From contig NC_088859.1 in assembly GCF_963853765.1 (NCBI RefSeq), forward strand, positions 8,866,001 through 8,930,000: a stretch of DNA of 64,000 nt. The letters are read 5' to 3'. A model generated the notes under the pieces. It had not been told where the DNA came from. It ran no database searches and saw only the letters and a list, made by a program, of their open reading frames with translations. A program made the translations under genes and the position numbers. This document shows positions 25,454 to 38,170 of the stretch, one piece after another; within the stretch, counting starts at the first letter, position 1, and each line of letters starts with the position of its first letter. Source of the stretch: Magallana gigas. Lineage: Eukaryota.

Positions 25454-25860
25454 TGTGGTAGAGGCAGGTATATGGCATTCCTACTAGCTCTGGCTAGCGG
25501 GTTAACCCTTTAGCTCGATCGGTAGAGTGCTGGACTAGCGTGCCAGAGGACCCGGGTTCAAACCCCAGCAGAGGCAATAAGTGTCTCTGTTACATTTGGC
25601 GCCCACGTTGGGACCTGGGTATTCTCTAGCGGGTGAGAGAGATTGCGGGTGAGAGAGATTGTTTCCAGAAATTTGGCCCACAGGCATTGGCACTCCAGGA
25701 GAGTCGGGACGCCTCTTTCCTTGGAGGGGGACAATAAGGTAGAGGCAGGTATATGGCATTCCTACTAGCTCTGGCTAGCGGGTTTACCCTTTAGCTCGAT
25801 CGGTAGAGTGCTGGACTAGCGTACCAGAGGACCCGGGTTCAAACAAGTGTCTCTGTTACA
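25454..25860 (+). mobile_element. TRIM-like miniature LTR retroelement (407 bp) with tRNA-derived LTRs
   Basis: 5' LTR 25454-25594 (TGT..ACA). 3' LTR 25735-25860 (15-bp deletion, first bases altered). PBS-like TGGCGCCCA at 25597, complementary to the tRNA-Lys 3' end. PPT GGAGGGGGA at 25723-25731. TATA target-site duplication at 25450-25453 and 25861-25864. The 140-bp internal region is non-coding. Confidence 0.88.
25504..25576 (+). pseudogene. tRNA-derived sequence inside the 5' LTR (truncated twin in the 3' LTR)
   Basis: A-box TAGCTCGATCGGTAG with D-stem GCTC/GAGT. Anticodon-like arm CTGGA-CTAGCGT-GCCAG (AGC). B-box GGTTCAAACCC. The acceptor stem does not pair, so this is not a functional tRNA. 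Confidence 0.7.
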
Positions 25861-26969
25861 TATATTAGAATTTACCATAAAAATTAGTACAACCAACTAT
25901 TATTTTCTTCTTTTTGGTGTGTTTTATGTAAACAACCAATTATTCATACAACAATTATATTTTTTGCGGCCCATTTGACGCTTGCGTCAATATGATTTCT
26001 TGTTTTAACTCTTGAAGACTTTGTAGTCACAATAGTACATACATGTCGTAACATGTTGTACGGATGTTACTTTTTGTCTGAGACGGAAGTTTCTCTCGAT
26101 CGACGTCTAGTTAATTAGGCCTGCAGTTCATTAAGAGCTGAATGTCATTTTAAAAGATTCTCTTCCGTTTTGGTCCAAGAGATGAAACAGTCACCCAGGT
26201 ATCTTTTCCAGTTCTCTTTAATTAATTGCGTAACGTCGGTTTTATCTAAAGGTAATTTTCATCATTGAAGAGGAAATATTTTAGTACAAGTTTTAGTCTT
26301 TGATGATGAAAATTACCTTTAATCTTTTGAACCAAAAAAGAGGAGGATCTTTCAAAATTTCATTTAACTAAATGAACTGCAAGCCTCAATAAAATTTACT
26401 ATAGACGTTGGTCTTGATAAAAAATGAAATGTTAAATTTTCGGAACGTTTACTTCCTTCTTTAGGAGAAAAACTATGCTAAAATCTAATTAAGATAAAGA
26501 TAACGTAGCAACTAAATCCTTGTATCAAAGATCAAAAGCATGAGAAATAAAACCCAACAAACGGTCTATGTGAGATGCTCAAAGATAACGCGAAGGCATT
26601 AATTAGCAGATTAGCTATAGGTAATGATGTTATCTATGGTGTACTTGTAGGGTAACCTGTAATGAAAGTTTGTAGGGGAGACAGACACTGTACATAAACA
26701 AAAAATATTCAAAAAAGTGCAAAAATAATAGGAATTTAATGAAAGAATAAAAATGGATAAAACAAACAAATACATATAGCCAAATCTAAAGAAAGAAAAA
26801 ACATGCATATTAAACAAAAATAACCGATGTAAATTATACCCCGATTAGGGAACCGGTTAACAAGCTGAGTGATTTAAAATGAATGATAGTTTGTACATAG
26901 AGCCAAAAGATGATAATGGTGATACTAATAAGAAAAAAAAATCAGCATGCTTTAGTTGATGATTCTGGT

Positions 26970-27350
26970 TCAGTCATTTAATTTGTTTAAGCCGTCAGAG
27001 CGAAATGATTTCAATCTATGCATCCAGAACTTTTCAATGCCATTTGTTTTTTCCCTCCGCATCTTTCTAATCTGGGTTTTGATTAATAACTAAGACCATC
27101 ATCATGTCCTCCCTTTTGTAGCCATCTAAGTTAAAATGTTCCCCAATGGGTTCTTTAATTTTCTAAGTGTTGATGGTGAAACTATGGTTATCAACGCGCC
27201 TGATGAGGTCCCCTGTTTCTCTACGTATTGTTTCTGAAAAGATTTGCAATTGGTGAGATATATACAGTTGTCTGTACGGCAAGAAGTATTTCAAAATATT
27301 TTGTAAGTCCTGCGAGTAATATGACTGCATCAGAGCTATGTTTGCACAAC
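26970..27350 (-). pseudogene. Penelope-like retroelement GIY-YIG endonuclease remnant
   Basis: Across frameshifts: CRTDNCIYLTNCKSFQKQYV(G)ETG..R.DNHSFTI..PIGEHFNLDG..EKFWMHRLKSF..DGLNKLND*. Confidence 0.75.
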
Positions 27351-27654
27351 AGATAACTAAATTAAAATATTTGGCCAAATACAAGGAGTTTTCTTAATGT
27401 CTGTATTGCAATCAAAAATATTCCTAACAACATAGACACAGATAACATGTTATATATCGTTCTCAAACAAAGTAACATCATCATCGCAGACAAGAATGTA
27501 TATTATAAATAAACACTTACTTCATGGCATTTTTAAGTATAAATAGAAAGTATCCATTATGGATATGATTGACTTGACTGTATGAAATGGAATGATAACA
27601 TCAAACCAACCAATATTTTTTGGTTCATTTACACCACGAAATATGACATAAAAA

Positions 27655-27791
27655 NNNNNNNNNNNNNNNNNNNNNNNNNNNNNNNNNNNNNNNNNNNNNN
27701 NNNNNNNNNNNNNNNNNNNNNNNNNNNNNNNNNNNNNNNNNNNNNNNNNNNNNNNNNNNNNNNNNNNNNNNNNNNNNNNNNNNNNNNNNNN
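27655..27791. other. Assembly gap (137 N)
   Basis: Run of n characters. Confidence 1.
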
Positions 27792-28291
27792 GTATTCTGT
27801 TTCAATGTGTTGCAGAATGTTAATGATAATCTAGTCAACATTAATTTAGATACAAACCCATTTTACAAAATGATATAACGATGATAAAGACTTAAACTTG
27901 CCGTTTGTTTACATGAAAACGATATAGATGATAGTAAAATGTAAAGGTATTATTAACATAAACAGTGGTTTACTTGACTATAAGCATAACAATTTTGTTC
28001 CTGTAGATTGAACGGTTATTTTGCCCAGGTTTCGGTTAAATGTCTAATGTAGAATCAATTAAATGGGTAGTGGGAATGGAAACAACACGGTTTTAATTTT
28101 AGCTCTAAATGTTTCAGTCGTCTCACTTAATTGCTCTTTCTTGGACGGTAAATTGTATTATGTATATATTGCCTGAAATGAAAAAATACGTTAGAATAAG
28201 TCTTCAAGGAAGTTTAATTTAATATATTTCACCTACTGAGTATGATTCCCTCTATTTCTTACGGAAACTTATAGTTAATTCATAGCTCTAT

Positions 28292-28432
28292 AGAAACAGC
28301 CAGACTGAAATCAACACGCTTCTTTATCGATTGGTCGAAACCTACAGCGACCGAAGAAAAATCACGAACCGAACGAAAAAATCATGATGATGTCAGATTC
28401 AAAGTCTCACAGGAGACGATTTGGCTGTTTCT
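28292..28432. mobile_element. Short putative MITE with 11-bp TIR
   Basis: AGAAACAGCCA ... TGGCTGTTTCT ends around a GC-richer core. Confidence 0.4.
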
Positions 28433-28511
28433 TTTATCTAACGTATTGTTGTACATAAACAGTATTTTTATTGAATTTTACTTACATGTTATAATCTATT
28501 TATTAATTAGT

Positions 28512-28690
28512 TAAAAGAAAGATGTAAATATAGATTATAAAATGGTTTTTTGATGATTCATGCATGTTATGAAGGTAGCGATCATTGCAGAAAAATTACA
28601 TAATCCGCTAACGCAGGTTATGTATTTTTTCTGCACTGTCGCCACATTCTAGCCCGCATGAATCACCAAAGAAAGCATTTTATTGTTTAA
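28512..28690. repeat. Interspersed hairpin-type repeat, copy 1 (copy 2 at 57486-57648)
   Basis: Shared TAAAAGAAAG.TGTAAATATA..TGATGATTCATGCATGTTATGAAGGTAGCGATCATTG..AATCACCAAA. Internally self-complementary. Confidence 0.75.
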
Positions 28691-31600
28691 ATAACTTCTT
28701 TTACAGTCAATCACAAATACTGGGTAGGAAGATAAAGATATAACTTAAGGTCAAGATCTAGTAAATGATTCCAGAGTGTCTTTTTGGTGCTAGAACCATT
28801 ATGACTCATAATTGATTTGAAGAACTTTTCCCCCGTACTTAACGGCTTTAAAGCAATTATGTAGAAAATTACACAATGTCTTGACATTCTATGTTAAATC
28901 ACAGGAAAAGTAATCCCGATAACTATATTTAATTTGACATCTTTGCCTGACAGTACTACTTAAGTTTTATGAGAATGTTTTACATTTATAATATCTCGTG
29001 GGAATGTTTACAAATCGACCTCCCCAGATAACAAAACTAGTAACAAAAGATAAACAAATTTTGAATTTTGTTTAAACGTGTTGTAAAGTAGTAACAAGAG
29101 AGTGTTTAAGGAGTGCACATATAAACAACTATTTTTACCTACAAAATGTTATTCGATATAGCGTTATAACCTGTTCGATAATAAATGATCAATCCTGTAA
29201 GCGTATCCGTATCACATAGACCAGGTGCCATCACAATAATTCCCTACAATGACGATAAGGCTTTCCTCATGATATCAATTTAATGTTGGTTTAATAATTA
29301 CGACAAGTTCATTTTATATGGTTCGTTTATGTTAAAAGGAACTAGCTTGTCTCGTCTTGTGTCGACCACGGAAAGTAAAAAAACAAAATAATAATAAATA
29401 TCTGGCAATGATTTCTGGTAAAATATTGTTAACATCCATCTTTTCATCTTTTTCCATAAACTGTTTCAAACAGCCAAATTGGTCAGCTGAATTTAACTTT
29501 AGTATTTCTAGTGTTGGGGTATCTGATTTAATGTGCATTTGCCGTGTGACTTCTTTGTTTTAAAAGTATATTATTTACCAAAACGCCACGTCATGTTACA
29601 TTACATGTTTTTCGGCCACCTGTACTTTTAAAATTAAAAAAGCTTCAAATTTTGAATACCAGTTCTTATCAAAGCACAAAATTTGTTTCGACGACGGAGA
29701 CCCCCTCAAGCATTCGGTTTTTTTAAAAACTAATTATCTCTATTAAGCCTAATTTCAAATTATTCTCGTATATGAAAAGCATTTAGAAAAGAATGTGTGT
29801 ACTAAATTAAGAATTTCTTGATCGTTCCAGAACCTTTTGTTGTATCTGGAGTTGGAGAATTTATTTCTATAATAAATGTAAAGTATCCGAAAGCGAATAC
29901 CAGAATTAGATAAAGCTGAAAGTCTGTGTAGTGATCACAGAGAACATTAAAAGTTTTTTTTCAAGAACAATATAATAAACAGGCGTATGTTTCATTTTTA
30001 AACGATGATAACCACGGCCAAAATAATTCAAATGCATTTGCATTTACTTATCTTTGATATGTTTACCCTTTTAAAATCTTGTTTTAATCAAGACAAAAAG
30101 ATCGATTGGAAGATATACATCCTTATTTACGGAGAGGTACTTTATTAACATACAATATCTATAGGTTTTGTTTGCTCTGTCTCACATTTGAAAGTCCTTA
30201 AATAAAAGACCACCACCAGGTACATTTTTCTCCTTTTTCAAATAGAAAGATTTTGCTAAACTGCATTGACCAGTTACAATTGAGAAATCGACTGTTCTCG
30301 CATGTAGTTTTAAAAAATGCAAAAACCCATTTAGCCTTTCTCACTACAAACGGATTTTGTTTGCGTGTTGTTTATAGTACTAAGACCCACCCATTCTTTT
30401 CATTGTTATTTTTGAAATGCACTTTATTACAAATCGGAAAAAATTAATGCTGCGCCAAATATAAATTTGAAGTTAAAAGCAATTCTAACCATTAACACTT
30501 ATGGTATTTTTTTTTCTTTGCAATAAATATAAAATGCATATAAAGTAATTAACTAGTAGCAATATTAGTTTTTTCAACATAAATAATATTGAAACACTTC
30601 AAGTTAGGGCGTAATATTTACATTTTCCAGTTTCTTTGTCTGTGATAACACTACAAACCAAATATGTAGCCCATAGTCCAATACATTTCATATATGCCTC
30701 AAATGACTTTGTTTTAATGTCTGGTCCAATTTAGTGGACATTCTTTTTAATAATGGCAAACAATTATGTTTTGGTCTAGCATGGGATGTTATCATAAATA
30801 AAGGTTGCTGGGTCCGACTAGCTATACTTACCTTCAAATAAATTGCGTTCAAGTTTTCATAAAGGCGATTAAAAATAATTGTTGTTGCGAACTGCAACAT
30901 TACACAATTCTCTCTTAAAGTCCCTTCAGTTGTATAACTAACAACACGCAATCATAAATTTGTCTTAAACAGTAATTTTTGATAAAAAATGTGCTAAATA
31001 TAAAACATACGCTATCTTAAATAAGGCGTAAAATAGAGTTAGCCTGCCAATCAAACTTTGCTGTATCAAAGATTTGAATTATTAATTATAAAACAAAGGT
31101 GTGTTGAGTCTAAAAAGATATACTGATCTTCACCAAAATAATGTTAAATCGATTAAAATGGCGATTCATATCTTCAGATTTCATATTATTCTCTTAAAAT
31201 CTCTTCAGTGGAACAAAATCAGAAAAGAAACAACCATTTATTCTTTCAGTATTTTAGCTAAAAAAAGTGTGATATTTCAGTTTTTACTTATTTAGCTATA
31301 TTATATGTGTTAGTTTCTGATTTTGAATTTGTAAAAGGCCATTCACTGTAAAGTTGTACTTTTGTATTCAAATCATAAGATTCTTCAACTTAAGTGGTGA
31401 ATTTGCACACATTCAAGTCTAAGGAAGCTTCCGGAATAAAATAGTAAGTCCTTGACATCGACAGCAAACTACCATTTTTAAGTTTTCATCCCGTCTTGGT
31501 TGAGCATGGTGATGTGAACATAACTATATTTGCCTGTCTCCTTACCATTACCTTGTAGTGTGTTTGCTTTTAATGCAAACGTAAGGCATTTAATAAGTTG

Positions 31601-33439
31601 GTGCATATTAATTTTAGTAATAAAGCGATTCGAACCGTGTCAGTGGGCCATGTGTCTTCTCACAATTTTTGATTTTCTGGTCAGTTAATTCTTCCTTTCA
31701 TTGTTGTTTCTGTATTTTATATTGGCAGATGTCTTTGATATGCCGTTGTGTCACACCCTATTACTACAGGAAATGCACCAAATGATTTTTTTCCTCCACA
31801 ACAACATTTACAGGGATGTGAATATAATTAAAAGAGGTTCGAACAACTATTGGAAAAATTAGCTATAAGAATATGTTACAAATCGGTACTTCCATGATTG
31901 AGCAGAACATTTTTAACTCTATGAATGAGATAGATGGTCAATTTAATCTCTGATTTAGAAAATACAATGTCTTTATGATTTCTTCGTTTTCGTCAGGACG
32001 TTAGGGCCAAACCATGTAGAGAATTTTACAAGAAGTCGAAGATAAAGACAGCATCACTACCTATAGAAGGTAAAACTGTTCCTAATAGTCTTGAAAACAG
32101 AAAATTCTCAAGGCTTCCGAAAACATATACCAGGGTTTTGCAAAGATTCGTTATTAAATATAATGCTGGACAAAATGTTAATTTTGAGCAAATTTAAAAG
32201 CAATAATCTTTTTCTAGTGCCTGTGATATAAATGACATAATTATCTGTTCTTAATTAAAACCAAGCACTAGAATAGTTGTCATCGTCGTACACTGTTCCT
32301 AAGTACCCTACTGTACCTCTGTTCTATTAGCTTCTACTAAGAAATAATCAGACGCTTTTAGGTGGTTGCTGGAAGTTCTTTAAAGCCTTTAAACCTCCTT
32401 TTTCAAACCTTTTTTAAAGAAACATTTACATTCTCAAGAACTTTGTAAGCAGTTGGATGCATTTTACTTCCTTATTTTCAATGTCTAGTGTTCTAATATT
32501 ATTATATTATCTTATTGATATGATAAGAAGTTACATATCCCCCGAATTAAAGACTTTTAAAAATGATGAAGTTTGGCTTTCGGTCATTTTTAATTGCCAT
32601 TTTGACCAAATTGATGCCATTTTCATAAAATTATTTCCATATACTCAACACACATTTATGAAAACAAAAAAAAAAGACACAAGAAAAAAACATTGCTAGA
32701 CCGATTTACATTTGTAACCTTACGATTTTTATATCAGGAACTGTAAGAAAAATATTATGCTTAATATTATGCTTAAGTTACCTCGACATCGGTGCGACCG
32801 CTCAACAGAGGATATTTACTTCTTCTTGGCACCCGATTTCACCTTTATACGGGGACCATATTGCTCAGCTTTGAATTAGTTTTTTTTGCAAAATGGATTT
32901 TTGAGATTGTTGCTTTTAATTCAGTGCACTTTAAAAATAAAGAAATACTATGTTTGACGAATTTTGATATCATTTTTGTCATTTTGAATCGATCGGCATT
33001 TTTACCAACTCACTCTTAACGTAAGGACATCATACCGGTATTTTTTTTTTTGGACTAAGCACACTTTAATCATCTTAAAAACCACGTAGATCAAATTGTT
33101 GGTCCTAGATCCCTTTTTAAAAATCAGGACCATACCGGTATAAGATATACTACATGTTTTGGGCGCAAGAGAAATTTGCATAATCATACGAAATGAAATT
33201 GATGAAAAATGTTATTAATTCCATATCTAATCATAAAATTGCTGGAAATTAAAAAAAAAAGAAATGCAGAATTATTTTGTGTATAGCACTTTTTAATAAA
33301 ATAAACACAGTTCATAAGTAAATAGCATTTCCCCCACGTACAAATAAACAGCGTTCAAGGAATTAAAACAATCGCAAATTTTCGTTTGTTTAATACGCAT
33401 TGATATTTGATACTACATTTTCTGGTTTTGATTAGCGTC

Positions 33440-34000
33440 AGCATGCCCATTCGCCTCTCTGTCTACCTGTAAACATTTTACATATTTTACCTCTTCTCCA
33501 GAATTACTTTTGCCAAAATCAACCAAATGCATACCATAAAGCACCTTTGAGTGAGGATTTTTTAGCCTATTTAAATGGAGAACCAGCCCCATCCAAGGGA
33601 ATAGTCATTATGAATGATAAAAATATTTTAGTCATCCACGAAATTATACTCATGTTAAAAATCTCGTAAAGTGAGAGCTTTTACGACAAATTAGCTTAAC
33701 ATCTGTACCAATTAAAAAAAGGCTTTTGAAGGTTATAATTTGACATTCCTCACTTCAGTTAAAGAGGTCACAATAAAAGATTATTTTTTTAAATTTTTTT
33801 GGAAGGGGATAGGTTATTGGGGATAGGGAGTGGTCAGGTCCATGTAGATAGATATAAAAATCGATTTATGAAGAACATGCTATAAAGTAAAAAAATAAAA
33901 GCAAACTTGAATCTACACTATCTGAGGATGCTTTACACAAGTTTCATCTATTCTGGCCAAAGGGTTTTTGAGAAGAAGATTTTTAAAGATTGCAAGAAAA
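33440..34000. repeat. Degenerate oyster-type Helitron/satellite (Cg170-like) remnants
   Basis: Recognised from memory of oyster repeats: AACTTGAATCTACACTA.CTGAGGATGCTT.ACACAAGTTTCA..TTCTGGCCAA..GGTTTTTGAGAAGAAGATTTTTAAAGA. Not verified by search. Confidence 0.45.
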
Positions 34001-37000
34001 TAGTATTAAATTCTAAAGTCTGCTTTAACTATAAAAAAACCTCCCTCCCTTGATATGTTGGCATTAATTAATCATGCTTCGTTACTGGCATCAAATTTGA
34101 CATTCTAGTTTAAGTAAACGAAGGGACTCATAAGGCGTCTGTTTATTAACGACCGAAAAGGATAATATTTTAAAATTCAGCGTACTGACTCATAAAACAA
34201 TGAGGTGTACAAAGACAAAGTTGGAACAGGTAGAAATTCTGTTGACTGGGCGGAATGAGGAAGTCTTTCAGTCGATGGGGAAAGTACAATTATTACATCT
34301 ATCGGAAATCCAGGAGTTCGTTTTCAGTTTTACAAACTCTTGCCCGAAACATCAATACATAACAGTTTGTTTTTTAACGTTCATTTTTGGGAGTCAATTT
34401 TATTCAACTTTCTTATGCAGTTACTCTGGCGAAACGGAGATACAGTGTTTGGATCTAAGGACAAGTCATCACCGGTGACAAGACTTAAGACTTAACACAT
34501 ATTAGATAAACTCGATTTCATATATTAAGAAGCATTGTTTTCCTAGGGGACTTATTAATGAATACTTTGAAAATAGTCAGATTCTAACTGGTACGAACAA
34601 TTTAGATGTGTTTTGTAGTGGTATGTATTCCTACGCCAGAGTTGATTACCAAAGCACCATTTCTACAGAGGTAGCGTGTTGAATGAAGAATAGACTATCT
34701 AATCGAAGATAAAACCAGTAATGGAAAAGACTTGACTTTATTATTTCTCTATCCCGAAAATATTTCAATTACTAATACATTAAGCATTGTAGAGTTCGAT
34801 GACGTTAATTCTTAAATCCAAAATCAACACAATAATTACGCTAAAACATCATTGAATTTTCATATTGTTCATCATTTTTTTAAAAAATTCCAATTTAGAA
34901 TATGAAGAAGACAACCCACTTTTTTTTAATTCATATAAAAAATTTGATGTACGACAAGTAAAGACAAGGGAATGGTGTCGATTTGTATGTCAGCGCTGCC
35001 GATAAGTATAATGAGTAACATTACCTTGACAGAAAAACAGCCTTTTGATGAATGCGCGCAGTTTATTGTTGGTTTACATCGTGCATGTTATCGTGATTTT
35101 TCCTGATCGTTTAATCATTTTTTTCATGTAAATTGATATCAAAGCGTTTTGTCCTAAATATGTTTAATAAGAACTAAGGCAAAGATATAAATTCATTTAT
35201 TTATTATAAATATTGTTGGAAACCACCAACCAAACGTTCTTTTAGATGAAAGGGAATAAAAAGAAATATTTGTATGGACAAGTTAAGTAAGAAAACTTGT
35301 TTACTTGATGCCATGCATTTTCCTGTCATACGGGTTTGATTATTTAACCAAACACAGGTTAAAATCGGCAGAGTTTTTTCTTTTGAAACATTTATTTGTG
35401 TTGAGTGTACTGTGGTTGCACTATCGTTATAACTTATATAATTTCATTTCAACTTCTAACCGTTTTAACAAAAGCCACTCACGATTCAATTATAGTTCCT
35501 TCTCAATCAATTACTTTTGAGAAAAAATCATCATATCAATAATTCATTCTCAAAATATGGGATCCTATGATATTTGATACACGTATAGGTAACATAAAAA
35601 TGTGTATATAAATATATTTCTAGATCATGCCAAAAGAAAAGTGCGTTAGATATGCAAATCAATCCTCAACTGCTTCTATGACTGGATATTGTCATTAGTG
35701 TATTATAGTGTTATTATTGTGTGTCGGTATGTGAATTTCCTTACATTTGCTCAGTGGTATATAGGAGACTGAAAGAAGATGTTCTAAAATGACTGTCTAA
35801 AACTATGTTAATGACTGATACAAAAGTAAACAAAAACATGGTGCAAGCCATATTTACATAACAAAGAATTGTAGGCTCTGCATCTTGTTTATAACTCTTT
35901 GACTGACACTCAAATTTTGATTAATCATTTGAAATGCATTACTAAGCATTGTAAACAATAAAACTACAAAAGTTTAATTTGACTTCAGAAATCAGAAATA
36001 ATAATATACATGTAGTTACCAAATTTAAGTTTAGCTTATGTTTTTTAATTTAAATTTATGAACGTTTTAACAATTACACAGAAAATATTCTTGATAGACA
36101 TCAGTGAAGAATATATTGCAAGTAACGAAATGACATTATAATATGAATCCGTCTAACTGCACAATGTATAATCCAGAAAGATAAATTATCTTCATCATTT
36201 TGGATTTTTTGTCCTACTCGCTGGAGATTGAGAGTGCTCAACCCTAAATATAGCATTATTGAGAATATATTATGAAGTTGTGCAAGAATGTAAGTATTGA
36301 AGACGTACTTTAACCTGCTAGCTAAAAAAAGAAGAAAAAAGAATATCCGTGTTTCATTTTCTCTACGTGTTGATTTTATCATTGCTTTTTTCTGAGAAAT
36401 GTAATTGTTTTAAGTAATTGGGAGAATTTTCACATTGTAGTTTTATTTTGATAGATCATACCCTCCCAGTTTTTCTTCTAAAGGATGAGTAGAATATCTC
36501 AGATATGCATATAATTCAAATGTGTTGTAATTCTCTTTAATAACGTGTTCAATCATCTGTTCTATGTGGTTATTTTCCATGGTTTAACATGGTTCAGAAA
36601 TAATCCTTTCAAGTTAAGTGGCCATTTTCATTACTAACCATCAGACATTTAAAACGAATACAAATATTATTTTAGCTATGAAGGGGCTTTACATATTGTG
36701 AATATTATATGAATCTATACATGTTGATTTATTATACCCAGAAAACCTGCATGAATCCCAAATTAGAATGGAGACATTACAAGAAAGTCAACAAAGCAAA
36801 TAAAGCAGCTTACTTATTGGTCAGAGACACAGCTATTTTTACATACCCGGATATTCGTTATCTTTTTTCTACCTGTTTCGTACTTGTTTCATAGTTTCAA
36901 AGAATTTATCACATTGAATTACGTTAAATGATTTCAGCATTGTCATAATGAAAGTTCATGACTTCCTGACATGATAAAACTCGACTCTAGGATTGTTGGC

Positions 37001-37850
37001 TTCTCTCATTGGTTAAGATAGTCAGTCGTGATTCTCTCGTTTGTTTTGATAGAACATGATGCTAGACAGGTTTCAACAAACTTACGGATCTGGCTAATAC
37101 GCACTGGAAATTTTCCGACGAAATTGTATCCTGCTTTCAATCTTCGACAATATCCTTTTTGTCCAACTCTTATCGAAAAAAGAATAGTCAATATGATTTA
37201 ATTTTGGCGCGTTGCTAAAGTGCGCTACTTGGCCATTGTTTATATTATTTGTGATTTCGAAACTAACCCAGAGCTTCATTTTAAAACGATCATGAACTTT
37301 TAATGCCAATACTTAAAGCGATCAAGACATTCATGTTAGGTGTTGATACACTTTTCCTTTTTTCCTTTTTAAGATTAACCAAAATTATGGAGTTTCGACC
37401 TTCGCTTTGCCACACGCATCATCGATTAAAACTTTTCTTCTTAATTACTCGTAATGAAGCTTATAAACTTGGAAATATCAGATTATTTTGAAACGTTTTT
37501 ATGTAGTAAAAATGTTAAAATAAACCAGTTCGTTTTCATAAAAACTTCAATACTATCACATGCGTGTCCTTTCCCAAATCTTAACCAAAACACAGGCATG
37601 GATAAATCTGCATTAAGTTTCAAAATCTTTTTGATTTAAATACTATTTGAAAACATCTAAAAATATCCGGAAATACTAACGACCGCGAATAAAATATAAG
37701 GGGGCTGGATGGTCAATACACCATCAGATTTTTCTTAAACTTAAACAAAAAAAATGTTTGACAATAAAGTAATTTATGATAAAGGTAACGGCCAAAATGT
37801 TAAAGCATAATTCTAGAATTTTCCTACAACTAAATACGGAGATCTTCGTC

Positions 37851-38170
37851 TTAAGATACCTCAATACAACTAGACTTATAACTTTTAAGACTATGTCACA
37901 AGATTGCGATTTAAATGTTTAAAAAAACCAGTGAATATTGTCATAGCTCAGCGGTTAAAGTATCGGGTTGTGAACCGCAGATCATGAGTTCGAACCTGCC
38001 TAGGCTTTTGTTCATATATACTGAATTAAAATTTTATATCCAAAATTGCTAATTTTTTCGCCTTTATGACTAAAAGTATATTAATGACTAACATACTTTT
38101 TATCCATCATGCTATCTATCATAATCAACTAATTTGATAAACTATTTCAAGGTGCAGAGAGCAGCCTTAA
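37851..38170 (+). mobile_element. TTAA-flanked non-autonomous element with an internal tRNA-derived segment
   Basis: TTAA ends. The left end TTAAGATACCTCAATACAAC matches the reverse complement of the family right end seen at 44333-44352 (GGTGTAGTGAGCTACTTTAA) at about 15/20. tRNA-like TAGCTCAGCGGTTAAAG..GAGTTCGAACC at about 37937-38006. A related partial copy lies at about 44220-44352 in an intron of the 43172-46704 gene. Confidence 0.6.

Noticed and set aside
25504-25576. Functional tRNA-Ala(AGC) gene
   Set aside because: The acceptor stem is unpaired, the anticodon and T stems have mismatches, and it lies within an LTR; treated as tRNA-derived.
31990-32070. Exon-like segment (CAG..DVRAKPCREFYKKSKIKTASLPIE..GTAAAA)
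   Set aside because: No recognisable homology and no partner exons.
37006-37309. Possible integrase zinc-finger relic (..RKFVETCLASCSIK)
   Set aside because: The similarity is too weak and fragmentary to support without a profile search.
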